NCBI RefSeq assembly: GCF_009914755.1
Contig: NC_060939.1
DNA: 64,000 nucleotides
Source: the human T2T-CHM13v2.0 reference genome, Homo sapiens
Reading direction: 5' to 3' (one strand)
The position numbers and the translations under genes were made by a program. Below, piece after piece: positions 23,631-37,389 of this stretch. The notes below the pieces were generated by a model. It was not told the origin of the DNA. It did no database searches and saw only the letters and a program-made list of their open reading frames with translations. The first letter of the stretch is position 1. Each line of letters begins with the position of its first letter.

Positions 23631-25899
23631 CTGCCATAAGAGACTTACATTCATTTTTCATGAAGTAATTTTTCACTGCAAATTCCTCAGATGTAATTCT
23701 CTTTGGGAAAGAGAGGTAAAGCGCAGAAGTACTTAAGAGAGACAGAAAAAAGAAAGAGAAGGAAATCCTGAGAGTGACTGGCCCAGAACAAGCAGGTGAA
23801 GAGTAGACCTTAGTTACTATAGTGGATGAACATGTCACAGTTCTTACATTGATATGAGAGAATAAGGAAGAGCTAGGACAAAGTTCATTCAATCAGGGCA
23901 TAAACTGAACTGAAGGTAGGAATGTTAGTTGAGGTATGCTTGCACCTTGGAGATCTTATTTAACTTGAACCAAACTGCAACTGCCCACAGCTCTTCCCCT
24001 GATCTCTAGGCATTGGCTCGTTCCTCATGCTTCTTTCTGCTCCATGCATGAACATCTTTGTATGCATCATTTCAGGCACGAAGATTAGACTCTTCTCTGG
24101 TTTTTACCAAAAATCCACCTTATCTAACCTTTCATGAGTTTAATAACTTTACTAAAGATTTCAATTGTCTGGGCATATTACAATAGACCTGTCACCAATG
24201 GCAGGCTGCAAATGGGAGCCAGATAATAAAAGCCTCATATCTATAGTGTTTGGAGACTTGAGACTCATCTCCAGAATTCTCTCCATAGCCCTAGCATAAC
24301 TGTCAGAAGTTCTGGGTAGGTGATGATTGAGTGTCTCAGTCCACCCTATCTCTAAGAATACTGACACCTAATTTCACTATGAGGACAAGATTTGTACTTT
24401 GAATATATAGAAAAGTAAGGTCTGTATGCTCAAAGTTGCATATCATATTGTAAAGAAAAGTTGAGGAAATTAGGAATATGAATAAAAATAACAGTTTATT
24501 CTTATTGTGTATTTACTATGTTGTAGGGAGTGTTCCCCGTGTTTACATGCACTCTTCTGGCTCCAAATCCAAATACCTCACCACTACATTACCTATGCAA
24601 CACGAAGAACATGTTCAAGTAGTTGACAGGTTGACTTACAAAATGGGGGTCAGGCTTGATCTGATCCCTGGTGATATTTTCTGGATACATCTTGTGAGCT
24701 TCAGGTAAACAACTTTTGCCACTCCATGAAGATTTTTCTAACAGAGAAAAAAGGTGGAATAGATGACTGAAGGCCAGAGTGAGGTCTCCATCTCAGTACT
24801 AGGAGTATTGGGAAGAGAGATGATTACTTTGTCAAACCAGGCCACACTTCTACACTATTGGCAATGATCCTAAGACTACCATGGGAATCACGGAATTTTC
24901 ACTTATTCCGGAAAATTTAGGAGATGTTTCTTATCAGATTGTCAGAAAATAAACTATAGGTTGGAGATTTTTAATACATCTCTTCTCCATATTTGTGGTT
25001 ACATATGCCATCAGATTTAGTCAGAGGGTCCCTACCTTCTTCTGCCAGTTGCAACCTATGTGGTAACTGCTAAAGACCTTGGTTCAAATGCAAAACCTCA
25101 GACTGACAAGTCTCATTGATGAGGAGGTATGTTTCCTCTACATTGGATGTCAATGTAATTTTATTTCTAATATGCTATGATAGCAGGAGGCAGTTAAATA
25201 AAAACCAGACCTGCTGCCTCCTCATCAAGGAAGCACCTCACGCTGAGAGTGAAGGTCCCTTCATGTCTGCTACCTTTATATACATCTTCTCCTGGGCTTA
25301 GGGCTCAAGATCAAATCTCTAAATTTGGTAAAATGGAGAATTTTCTTGACTGGCTGGTATCTAACTATTCCATGTCAAGCAGTGATTTCAAGATCAAGGC
25401 ATTCTGTGTCTATTGTCTGCATGTCCACCACCACCATCCCCAAGCATAGGAAAGAATTACTCATACCTCCCCTTCCTTCAGCACATAAAGCACATCATTT
25501 CTTATCCTCTTACCACAAAAGAAAAAAAATGCTCTTCCTACCACCAAGACTGTCTTACAATGGATCATTTAAACAGCACATGCCCTAATCTCTTTCCACT
25601 TTATATCAGCTGCCTGCTCTGATTTCTAAGACCATAAGCTCTTGAGATGGAACTGAGGTGATTACTACTTTTTAAGGGTCAAATTAACATATAATATCCT
25701 TGTAGGAATAACTTAAATTACAGACTACAAACATTCAACATCCCATCCCGAATCCAAACCAAAGATCCAGAAGGCAATTTTGCCCACCAGGCTCACTGTG
25801 CCCACTTCACATGCCCACACATGCTACCAATTAAATAAATGGTACCATGAAAAAAAGTGACTTGGTGCAGGATTTTTTCTATTCCTGTCATAAGGCTCC

Positions 25900-26380
25900 A
25901 CTATTGTGGTCAGTTTTGAGTCACACAAGTTTTAGTGCCTTGGAAAACTGTTTTGTAACAAGGAAACCAAGTATAGAATTCTGAGATTGATCCAAAAATT
26001 AATATTTCAGAAATAGTTGAAGAAATTGGCAATTAATTTTTTGGAGACCAGAAGTTTTGATGGAGTCAGGACAACTATAGCTAAAAAGTTATTTGCTGTG
26101 ACTCTGCAGAGCATGATTAAATCAATGGATAGAAGTTCCAGGTGAACTGAAGATCAATTTTGACTTGATATGAATACTTAAAAACAACATTATAACAATT
26201 AGAGATGTCCAAAGATGCAATCAACTGTCAAAGAAAATAAAGCATTCCATGTCCCTGCAGGTACAGTTTTCAAGCAGAGAAAGGGTAGTTACATGCTGAG
26301 TATTTTGAAGATGAAATGTACATATCAGATAATAATTTGACTAGGTACTCAAGAAGGCTCCATCTACCTATGATTCTATG
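25900..26380 (+). mobile_element. CR1/L3 LINE 3' fragment
   Basis: 'aatggatagaagtt...taacaattagagatgtccaaagatg...ttcaagcagag...tatgattctatg' resembles a CR1 3' end. Confidence 0.6.
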
Positions 26381-26591
26381 TCTGAAGAATTTCATAAGAT
26401 TTACTGTTATAGTCCAAACAGACTGTGAAGATAGAACACCTGGCAACTGACAATATTAGAACTGAAAATGAAGAAAAGAATAGAGGAATTCATAATTGTC
26501 TTCTGTAATTTTAATCAGTCAGTCTTCTGTAGAGGCCCTACAGCTTCCAAATCTTAGTCAATCAATCCATTTAGATGCACTGAGTGCCCAC

Positions 26592-27255
26592 TCTATCAGC
26601 CCATTCTCACACTGCTATAAAGATATTACCCGGCCAAACTTGGTGGCCCATGCCTGTAATCCCAGCTCTTTGGGAGGCCAGTGCGGGCGGATCACAAGGT
26701 CAGGAGTTTGAGACCTGTCTGGCCAACATAGTGAAATCCCGTCTCTACTAAAAATACAAAAAATTAGCGGGGTGTGGTGGTATGCACCTGTAATCCCAGC
26801 TGCTCAGGAGGCTGAAGCAGGAGAATGGCATGAACCTGGGAGGTGGAGGTTGAAGTGAGCCAAGATTGTGCCATTGCACTCTCCAGCCCAGGTGATAGTG
26901 TGAGACTCTGTCTCAAAAAAAAAAAAATATGTATATATATGTATCAACAAAAGAGGTTTAATTTACTCACAGTTCCACATGGCTGGGGAGGCATCAGGAA
27001 ACTTACAATCACGCAGAAGTTGTAGGGAAAGCAAGGCACATCTTACCAGGTGGCAGGATAGAGAGAGCCCATGACGGGGGAACTGCCAAACACTTTTAAA
27101 CGATCTGATCTCATGAGAATTCTCTCACTATCATAAGAACAGCATGGGAGAAATTGCCTCCATGATCCAGTGACATTGCACCAGGTCCCTCCCTCAACAT
27201 CTGGGGATTACAATTTGAGGTAAGTTTTGGGTGGGGACACAGAGCCAAACCATTA
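26592..27255 (-). mobile_element. MST-type MaLR LTR containing an Alu
   Basis: 'ccattctcacactgctataaag' ... 'gggtggggacacagagccaaaccat'. TSD cccac/cccat. Confidence 0.88.
26632..26927 (+). mobile_element. AluS (Sg/Sc-like)
   Basis: Dimer with the 'ggatcacaaggtcaggag' 2-bp deletion and a poly-A tail. Confidence 0.93.
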
Positions 27256-27430
27256 CCCATTATGTGCCAAGTACTATGTTATCTGTGAAATATAATATAT
27301 AGTGAGGAGTGTGACCTACAGTCCTCCAGTACTTATTCTCAAAATGTTTCAAAATTAGTAGTTAGGAAGATATGTAGGTATTAAACATACATAAAATATG
27401 CACAAATAGCAATCTAATTTATTTAGGGGT

Positions 27431-27796
27431 TAATTGGCTGGACTGTGTCCCCACCCCAATCTCATCTCAAATTGTTATCAGAATTGTAGCCCCCATGTAT
27501 TGGGGGAGGGACCTGGTGGGAGGTGATTAGATTATGAGAGCAGTTTCCCCCATGCTGTTTTCGTGACAGTGAGTGAGTTCTAACGAGATTTGATGGTTTT
27601 ATAAGTGGCAGTTTCTCATCTCCATCCTGCTGCCTTGTAAAGAAGGTGTCGGCTTCCCCTTCGCCTTCTGCCATGATTGTATGTTTCCTGAAGCTTCCCC
27701 AGCCATGTGGAACTGTGAGTCAATTAAACCTCTTTCCTTCACAAATTACCCAGTCTCAGAGAAGTTCTTTATAGCGTGTGAAAATGGACTAACACA
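27431..27796 (+). mobile_element. THE1/MST MaLR LTR
   Basis: 'ctgtgtccccacc...atctcatct' ... 'gtcaattaaacctc...gaaaatggactaacaca'. Confidence 0.88.
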
Positions 27797-29631
27797 AGAG
27801 TTAAGGAATATTTCTCTGGGGAAATGACATTTCAGCTGAAACTTGTAGGATAATTAGTACTTCCATAGGGAAAGTCTAAAGGAAGGCTATTCCAGGTAGC
27901 AGGGAACAATACATCTGAAGGCCCTGAATCAAAAATAGCTTAGATGTTTGAGAAACAGACAGCAAGTCCTTAAGGCTAGTGCAGTGAAAGAAAATGTTAG
28001 AACAGTATGAAGTTGGAGAAATGAGTGAGGGTCAGATCATGCAGGTCATGTAGGCCATGTTAAGGATTCTAAATTTCTATTCTAAATGCAATGGTAAACC
28101 ACTGAAGGGTTTTACTGGAATGCATCACAGTTTGATATATATATTTTTAAGAATCTCTCTGATGGTTGAATGGAGAAATTACTGGACACAGGGCAAATAG
28201 ATACAAGGTCTCCAGTTAGCTGGTTATTGCAGAAATCTACATGAGACATGATGGTGGCTTGGACTGAGATAGTGGCAGTGAAAATGGCAGATTCAAAAAT
28301 CTATTTCAGAGCAGAAATGATATGATCTATTAATGGCTTGTGTGAGGGGTCAAAATGATGACTACTGGGCTTCTTCAAGAGCAACTGGGTCAATAAAGGT
28401 ACGACTTATTGAAATGGGGAAAGAACATCAAGTGAGCAGTTTGGGGAAGAATAAGTGCTCTGTTTTAGATGTATTTGTTTTAGGATATGCAAGTGGGGAT
28501 GGCAAGGAGGTTATAACACAAAGAAAAAAGTAAAGGAAAAGATTCAGGAGTATCAACATGGAGAAGTTATTTATTTAAAGCCACACTGGTGGATGAATTC
28601 ACATAGGAAGAGCATGTAGAAGGATTAAGCCCCAGGCTACTCTGACATTTAGAGAACAGAGGTGAAAGAGACAGAGAAGAAGCCTGAGAAGGAAGGGTCA
28701 GAGGGAAAGGAAGAAAGCAGAGGATTTGGTGTCTTAGAAGCCAGTGGGTAGGATGGCTTTAAAAGGATCAAGAGGTCCCTGTTTATGTTAGACAGCTCAT
28801 GTCATTTGTTCAAACATCAAAGAAGATGAAGATTTTGTGACAGTAAGGGTTTTTTTCCCCCAAGATGGCATATTAGAGGCTTTCAGCGTGACTCAGCCAC
28901 TTGGAAATAGCAAGATAGTACAAAAAGATAAACTCTGTGAGCTTTAATTCAAGAAGGAAAATGGGAGTCCACTGGAATTGGGAAGGACACCGCAGGTCCT
29001 GGAAAGGAGAATGCCAGCAAACAGCCCACATGACAGCGTCAGCTGATAAAAGTAAGTGAAACCCCAGTACACAAGAGAGGCAGAGAGCCTCCCTCTGTGA
29101 ATCACCTTCCAATCAGGAATAGGAACAACTCAGGCTCACCTTTCCACTGTCTCCTACCAAGCCCTGCAGCTAACTTGGGAGAGGCTTGAAGACTTTGTGA
29201 GGAAAAGACACCAGGAAAAGCTGCAGATATTTTTCAAGACCCAAGATTCAAAGCAGGATGCCATTTTTAATCCAGGTGCATACAAAGTCAGCCATTCCTT
29301 GGTGTCCTGGCAGTCTGGCTATGCAAGCATTGTAGTTTCAGGCCAGAAATTGAAGCACCTGCTCTGGAGCAGGGTATGGGACATCCACAGCTACAACTGT
29401 GGGAAATGCCTCGGAAGTAGACCCTGGAAATATGCTATCCCCCATCCCAAGCCTGGGGCAGGAGTAGAGATACTACAGCTGCAGTTTCTCCTGGGTGGCA
29501 ACACTTGCAGCAAAGTCCAGCTTGGCAAGCAGGAACTGATCTGCATGTGCCACTGCTGGTGTACGTACCCTGCTTTCCTGAGATTGGGGTACAAAGTGGT
29601 GTCCTCTCTTCTCCATCCCCAGAGAAAATAG

Positions 29632-30653
29632 CAGGTATTCAGAGCACCTGCTTGCCTGGACCAGCAGCCTGAGCTACCCCACCTTTCCTGGACATAGATT
29701 GTGGCGCAGTCAGGTTCTCTCTGCTCCACACCTAGCAGATCTGCAGGCATTCAGAGTACTCATTCACCTGCTTCAACAGCCTGAGTCACCCCACCATTTA
29801 AGTACATAGATTGTGGTGTAGCAAGGCTATCTCTGCTCCATGACCAAGCAGATCTCCAGACATTTGGAGCACCCATTTTCCTAGTTCAGCAGCTTGAGCT
29901 GCTCCACCCTTCCTCAAAATAGATTATGGTGCAGTGGGTCTCTCCCTGCTTCACATGCAGGCAAAAATGCAGGTATCTGGAGCACCCATTTGCCTGGTCC
30001 AGCAGCCTGAGCCACCCAACCCTTCCTGGACATAGATTGTAGTATGGGGTGCAGGGGTCCTCTCTGACACTTGTCTAGGCAGGTCTCCAGGCATTCAGAG
30101 CACCTACTTGTATAGTCTACCAACCTGAATAGCCCTACCTCTCTTGTGCAGAGACCTTGTGTGGTGAGTCTCTCTTTACTGCATGCCCAAACAGATTTCA
30201 AGGCATTCAGAGCACCAGCTTGCCTGAGTCACCATACCCCTCCTGTGCAGATAGCTTGGTGCAGAAGAGCCCTCTCTGCCTCCCACCCAGGCAGATCTTC
30301 AGGCATTCAGAGGAACTGTTCACTTGGTTCAACCGTCTGAGTTATCCTACCATTCCTGTGCAGAGATCCTGATGCATGGGCTGGGGAGGCGGGGGGCCCT
30401 CTCCACTCCATGCTCAGGCAGATGTCCTGTCACTCAGAGCAACTGCTTTCCTGGTTCAGCAGTCTGAGTCACCCCACTCCTCCTGTGCAAAGATCTTGGT
30501 GTTGGGGGACCCTCTCTGCTTCATGCTTAGGCAGATCTCCAGGTAACTGGAGCACCCACCCTCCTGGATTAGAAGTTTAGGCCATTCCCCACCCAGGGGT
30601 GCAGAGAACTTGGGGCCAAGGAGGTTTCCCAGCTCCATGTGTAGGCACATCTC
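29632..30653 (+). repeat. Nine diverged ~113-bp tandem monomers in the L1 5'UTR
   Basis: Anchor caggcattcagagcacc (with variants) at 29632, 29744, 29857, 29970, 30088, 30200, 30300, 30427, 30540. Confidence 0.9.
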
Positions 30654-31153
30654 TAGGTGCTTCATGGCTGCCCACTGGATTCTCCCTCAGTGCTGGTGCT
30701 TGTGCCTGCCATTGAGGGATCTGTAGGCAACCCTGCCTGGTCTGGTCCTACACTTAGTGGGCCCTGCACTCTGGTGGCTAAGCAGGGAGCTCAGATGACT
30801 GTGTATTCCATGAATCAGCCCATTGCCTGAGGCAACAGAGAACTTCTGCCAGTAAGGAATAATCAAGTACATACCCAGCCACATTGGCTGCAGCCAGCTC
30901 TTACTAATAAATGTCATCTATGGGCTTGTGGGTCAAACTGCACTGCCCAATATAAAACCTGCTGAAAGAAATGCATAGGGCTATAGAAACAACCCAAAAG
31001 ACCCTATCCAGCATTCTCTATAATCATATCCCCTAGGGAGAGGTGAAAAGGGAAACAGAAAATAATAACATTATATGGAAAGAAATAAAGAAAAAGAAAA
31101 ATACCCACTCACATGAACATAATTACAAAAATTAAAAATGCCAGAGTCTCCAG

Positions 31154-32153
31154 ATAAAAAGAAATGAGTGCAAGAATTCTGGCACAATGAGAAATCTGAA
31201 TGTAGTGACATGACCAAAAGATTGCACGAGCTCCCCTGCAATGGTCCCCAATCAAAGCAAAAACTCAGAAATGACAGAATAAGAATTCAAAGCATAGATT
31301 AGAAGGAAGCTAAACAAGATCCGAGACAAGGTTGAAAATAAACACAAGGAAACTTATAAAGCAGTCCAAGAAATGAAAGAAGAGATAAACATCTTAAAAA
31401 GAAATCAGTCAGAGTGTCTGCAATTGAAGAACTCACTTAAGGAATTTCAAAATACAATTGAAAGCTTTATCAATAGACTGGACCAAGCAGAAGAAAGAAT
31501 TTCGGAATTTGAAGACCTGTCTTTTGAACTAAACCAGTCAGACAAAGATAAAAAGAAAAGAATTTTAAAAAATGATCAAGTCTTTGAGAAATACAGGATT
31601 ATGTAAAGTGACAAAACCTATGAATTATTGGCATTTTCAAGAGAGAAGCAGAAAAAGTAAACAACTTTGAAAACATATTCAAGGGAATAATTCAAGAAAA
31701 CTTCCCTAATCTTTCTAGAGAGGTAGAAATTCAAATACAAAAAATCCGGAGAACACTTATACTATATAAAATGAACATCACCAAGGTATATAGTCACCAG
31801 ATTGTCCAAGGTCAAAACTGAAGAAAACAATCTTGAAGGCAGCAAGAGAAAAAGGGCGGATCACACAAAATGGGAACCCCATCAGGCTAACAGCAAACTT
31901 CCCAGCAGAAAGCTTATAATCCAGGAGAGATTTAAGGCCTATTTTCAGTACTCTTAAAGAGAACAAATTCTAGCCAAGATTTCCATCTCTCTCCAAACCA
32001 AGCTTCAAAAGCAAAAAAGAAATAAAATCTTTTCCAGACAAGCATGCATTAAAGGAATTTGTTACCATTAGACCAGCCTTACAAGACATCCTTAAGGGAG
32101 TTCCAACCATGGAAACAAAAGAGCAATACCTGCTACCTCAAAGACATATGTAA
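31154..32153 (+). pseudogene. L1 ORF1p remnant (disrupted)
   Basis: ORF 31373-31606 'LKNSLKEFQNTIESFINRLDQAEERISEFED' is the ORF1p coiled coil; stops and frameshifts elsewhere. Confidence 0.88.
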
Positions 32154-32225
32154 GCACATAGCCCACAGGCCCTATAAAGCAACTGCGCAATAGAAACTAC
32201 AAAGTAACCAGCTAACAACCTCAAG

Positions 32226-35200
32226 ATGGATCAAAACATCACATATCAATATAAACTTTGAATGTAAATGGTATAAATGCCCCACTTAAAAGGCATAAAG
32301 TGGCAAGTTAGATAAAGAAAGAAAACTTATCCATCTACTGTCTTCAAGAGAGCCATCTCACATGCAACAACACTTATAGGCTTAATGTAAAGGGTTGGAG
32401 AAAGATCTACTATATAAATGGAAAAGACAAGAGAGCAGGGGGTCACTATTCTTAGATAAAAGAGACTTTAAAACAACAACATTAAAAAAAAGGATAAAGA
32501 AGGACCTTACATAGTGATAAAGGGTTCAAATCAACAAGAAGACATAACTATCCTAAATATATATGCACCCAACATTGGAGCATTGAGATTCATAAAACAA
32601 GTACTTCTATACCTGTGAAAAGACTTAGACAGTCACACAATAATAGTGGGGAACTTCAGCACCCCACTGAAAGCATTAGACAGATCATCAAGGCAGAAAA
32701 CTAACAAAGGAATTCTGCATTTAAACTCGACACCTGATCAATTAAACCCAATAGACATCTACGGAATACTCCACCTATCAACTACAGAATATACATTCTT
32801 CTCATCTGCACACAGAATATACTCCAGGATTGACCACATGCTCAGCCATAAAGTCTCAATAAATTCAAAAAATTTGAAAACATACTTTTGAACCACAGTG
32901 GAATAAAAATAGAATTCAATACCAAGAAGATCTTTTAAGCCCACACAATTACATGGAAATTAAACAACTTGCTCCTGAATGACTCTGGGGTAAACAAAGA
33001 ATTCAAGGCAGAAATTTCAAAAAATATTTGAATAAGTGAAAACAGAGACACAACATATCAAAATCTACGGGATGCAGCAAAGGCAGTGTTAAGGGGAAAG
33101 TTTATAGCATAAAATGCCTACTTCAAAAAGTTAGATCTCAAAATTAACGATCTAACACCCACCAAGAGGAACTAGAAAAACAAGAACAAACTAACTCCAA
33201 AGCTAGCAGAAGAAAAGAACTAAAATTGAGCAGAACTGAATGAAATTGAGACCCAAAGATTTATACAAAGATTCCACAAAACCAAAAATTTGTTCTTTGC
33301 AAGGATAAAAATGATCAACAGACTGTTAGCTAGATTAACAAAAAAGACAGAAGATCCAAATAAGCACAATCAGAAATGACAAGCATGACAGTACAACTGA
33401 TCCTACAGAAATACAAAGGATCCTCAGAGACTATTTTGAACACCTCTGTGCACACAAACTAGAAACTGTAGAGGAAATGGATAAATTCCTGGAAAAAATC
33501 TCCCAAGATTGAATCAGGAAGAAACTGAAACACTGAACAGGGCAATATCAAATTCCAAAATTAAATGAGTAATAAAAAGGCTACTAACCATAAAAGGCCC
33601 AGATCCGGTGAATTCACAGCCAAATTCTAACAGACATACAAAGAAGAGCTGGTACAAACACTGCTGAAAGGATTCCAAAAAAATCAGGAGGAGAGGTTTT
33701 TCCCTGACTCATTTTATGAAGTCAGCATCGCCCTCACAATAAAACCTGGCAAAGACAGAACAAAAAAAGAAAACTACAGGCCAATATCCCTGATGAACAT
33801 ACACACAAAAATCCAGAAGAAAACACTAGTAAACTGAATCCCACAGCACATCAAAAAGTTAATTCGCCAGGATCAAGTAGGCTTTATTCCTGGGATACAA
33901 GTTTAGTTCAACATAGAAAAATCAATAAATGTGATTAACCACATAAATAGAATTTTTGAAAACTATATAATAATCTCAGTAGATGTAGAAAAATATTTTG
34001 ATAAAATCCAACATCCTTCTTGTTAAAACCCTCAAGAATCTAGGTATCAAAGAAACATACCTCAAAATAATAAGAGTCATCTATGAGAAACACACAGTCA
34101 ACATCATACTGAACAGGCAAAAGCTAGACTCATTCTCTATGAGAACTGGAATAAGACAAGGATGCCCACTCTCACCACTTCTATTCAGCATAGTACTTGA
34201 ATGTCCTAGCCTAGCCAGAGCAATCAGGCAAGAGAAAGAAATAAAAGACGTCCACATAGGAAAAGGAGAAGTCAAACTATCTTTCTTCACGGACAATATT
34301 ATTCTATAACCAGAAAACTCTAAATACTCTGCCAAAAAGTCCTTAGAACAGATAAATAATTTCAGTAAAGTTTCGGTATTCAAAATCAGTATACAAAAGT
34401 CAGTAACATTTCTATACACCAATAACATTCAAGCTGAGAGCCAAATTAAGAATGCAATTTCAGTTACAATAGCAACAACAGCAACAAGAACAAAATACCT
34501 AGGAATACATCTTATCATGGAGGTGAAAGATGTCTACAAGGAGGACTACAAAACACTGCTAAAAGAAATGATAGATGATACAAACAAATGGAAAAACATT
34601 CTATACTCATCGATTTGAAGAATCAATATAGTTATAGTGGCCATACAGCCACTACTGCAATCTGCCACTACTGCCATACTGCAATCTACAGATTCAATGC
34701 TATTCCTATCAAACTACCAATGTCATTTTTCATGGAATTGGAAAAAACTATTTTAAAATTCATACAGAACAAAAAAGAGCCCAAATAGCCAAAGCAATCC
34801 TAAGCAAATACATTATGCAATCTTAAACAATAGAATAAGGCTAGAGTAACCAAAACAGCACGGTATTGATACAACAACAGACACATAAACCAATGTAACA
34901 GAATAGAGAACCCAGAAATAAAGCCTCACACCTATAGCCATCTAAGCTTTGACAAGGTTGACAAAAATAAGCAGTGGGGAAAGGAGTTCATATTCAATAA
35001 ATGGTGCTGAGATAGCTGGCTAGCCATGTGCAGAAGAATGAAACTGGATCCCTACCTTTCATCATATACAAAAATTAAGTCAAGATGGATTAAAGATTTA
35101 AATATAAGACATCAAACTATAAGAATCCTAGAAGAACGCCCAATAAACACCATTCTGGAAACTTGCCCTGGAATAGAATTTATGGCTAAGTCTGGAAATG

Positions 35201-36023
35201 CAACTGCAACAAAAACAAAAATTGACAAATGAGACCTAATTAAACTAAAGAGCTTCGGCATAGCAAAAGAAACTATTAACGGAGTAAACAGACAACCTAT
35301 GGAATGTGAGAAAATATTTACAAACTACGCATCTGACAAAGATCTAATATCCAGAATCTATAAGGAACTTAAACAAATTTACAAGAGAAAAACAACCCCA
35401 CTAAAAAGTGGGCAAAGAACATGAACAGACATTTCTCAAAAGAAGACATATAACCTGCCAACAAACATGTGAAAAAAATGCTCCACATCACTAATCGTTA
35501 GAGCAATGCAAATCAAAACCACAATGAGATACTATCTCACACCAGGCAGAATAGCTATTATCAAAAAGTCAAAAAACAACAGATATTGGTGATGCTGTGG
35601 AGAAAGGGAACACTGTTGGTGGGAATGTAAATTAGTTCAGCCACTGTGGAAAGCAGTTTGGAGATTTCTAAAAGAACTTAAAAACGGAAATCTCATTCAA
35701 CCTAGCAATCTCATTACTGGATATATACACACACGAAAAACAAATTGTTCTGCCAATAAGACACATGCACTTGCATGTTCATCACAGCACTATTCAGCAT
35801 AGCAAAGACATGGAATTAACCTAGGTGTCCATCAGTGCTAGACCGGATAAAGAAAATGTGGGATATACATCCCCATAGAATATTATGCATATGCAGCCAT
35901 AAAAAATAATGAAATCATGCCCTTTGCAGCAACATGGATGCAGCTGGAGCCATTATCCTAAGCAAATTAACACAGGAACAGAAAACCAATCACCACATGT
36001 TCTCACTTGTAAGTGGGAGTTAA
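32226..36023 (+). pseudogene. L1 ORF2p endonuclease/reverse transcriptase remnant (disrupted)
   Basis: Fragments 'GNFSTPLKALDRSSRQK' (EN), '[19 protein letters not shown]' (RT), '[15 protein letters not shown]', '[21 protein letters not shown]'; many stops. Confidence 0.93.
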
Positions 36024-36349
36024 ACACTGGGTACTCAAGGACAGAAAGATGGCAACAGTAGACACAAGGGACTACTAGAGGTGGAAGGGGGAGGGCAAAT
36101 GTTGAAAAACGAACTGTTGGCTGCTACGCTCCATACTGTGTTCATTTGTACCCCGAACCTCAGCATCCTGCACTGTACCCAGGTAACAAACCTGCACATG
36201 TACCCCCTGAAGCTAAAATAAAATTGAAAAAAAAAAGCAACTACAAAAATAGATTATTGGTGATGTGGTAGATGTAGAAGCCAGACTGGGTTGTAATGAA
36301 TGAGGTTGAATAGTTTTATTTCAGAATCTCAACTTTTCTCCTGCCTCTA

Positions 36350-36900
36350 TGCTTATCTTAGCTGACATTCCTAGCTACAAAACCTAAAGCAAAATCTCAT
36401 GTGCTATCCCGTTATTAAGGAGCAGGGGGAAATGGAGAGTGTAGCACAGAGGAAAGAGGAGCAACAATGAGGATGTCCTTATGCAAGCTGGTCACTGCTT
36501 GGTAACAAGCATCACTGATTGCTTGAATTTAAACAGCTCTAGCAGAGAGACTTTCTGAGAACAGTCTGCCTAGGAGGCAGAAGAGAGAAAAGTCTATTCC
36601 ACCTTCAAGGGACCTCAGTCTGCTTCAAAGATACCGGGCACTTCCAGGGAGCATCTTTAAGTTCTGCAGGAAAAAGCCAAGGAAGCCAAAGCCCAGAAAA
36701 GCAGCTTGGTCAGCGTGCAGTAGCAGTGTCTATCCACCAGCTTGCCTCACACATGGGGCATCTTGACATTTAGTAGGGTGAGGGTGGCAGTGACAACCTG
36801 ACTCCACAGTCATAGAAACAGCACAGAGCTAGGCAATTGTGCAGATGGAGACAGGGAGGCAGGAAGCACATTCACTGTGTACAGTATAGCATCCCACTCT
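36350..36900. mobile_element. Degenerate old ERVL-class LTR (family uncertain)
   Basis: 'atcttagctgacattcc...caatgaggatgtccttatgcaagctggtcactgc' loosely resembles old ERVL LTRs. Confidence 0.35.
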
Positions 36901-37389
36901 GGGCCCATGGTTCTACCCGTGAACATGGATGTGCTCTTTGATCAGATCTACTCTTCTTTCTGTGTGCTTCAGCCATGGACATTCATGGCAAAGGAATTAT
37001 TCTCTTTGCTAAAACAGAGATGCCCAGCTATACCCTATGAGAGCGGGTAATGGGTCAGCCATATACATCATGCTGCCACTAATGAGGAAAGAATCTCCCT
37101 CTCAGGAATAATTCTCTTGCGTCCAGACCCCAGAGAAGGCAAATACTTCATCCTCTCACTCCCATTTCAGAAATCATACTTTCTAACATACTGTCTGAGG
37201 AGGTACTTTATGAGGCTCCCAAACAATTTTTTTCGAGGGTGGTAAAGTTTGCAGAGAAATTGTATTCCAGGTGGGGCTCTTTGTAAGAGATGTGTACCTG
37301 GAGCTTAGTTTCATTTTATATACACATCATCCCGACTTCATCCTACTTACTACAATCTCAGTTTTTCAATTTCGTAAGAAACAGCCTAC

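Larger units (their letters stand above)
26555..28845 (-). mobile_element. L2 LINE, interrupted by MST(+Alu) and THE1; appears to resume after the L1 at ~36250-36310
   Basis: Antisense L2 text: 'tatgtgccaagtact', 'ggctattccaggtagcagggaaca', 'gtaggccatgttaaggatt', 'gatggtggcttggactgag'. Confidence 0.75.
28847..36236 (+). mobile_element. Full-length, inactivated LINE-1 (L1PA15/16-like), ~7.4 kb
   Basis: YY1 site caagatggc at 28861 near the 5' end, long 5'UTR, ORF1 and ORF2 remnants, 3'UTR ending 'gtaacaaacctgcacatgtaccccctgaagctaaaataaaa' plus an A-tail. Confidence 0.95.

Noticed and set aside
23344-23892. 182-aa minus-strand ORF
   Set aside because: Largely antisense to a CR1/L3 remnant, non-ATG start, no recognisable protein
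29632-30653. Regularly spaced repeats resembling a CRISPR array
   Set aside because: Whole units are homologous with no unique spacers; they lie inside an L1 5'UTR in primate DNA with no cas genes
28847-36236. Possibly active full-length L1
   Set aside because: ORF1 and ORF2 carry many stops, frameshifts and small deletions, and no clear TSD remains
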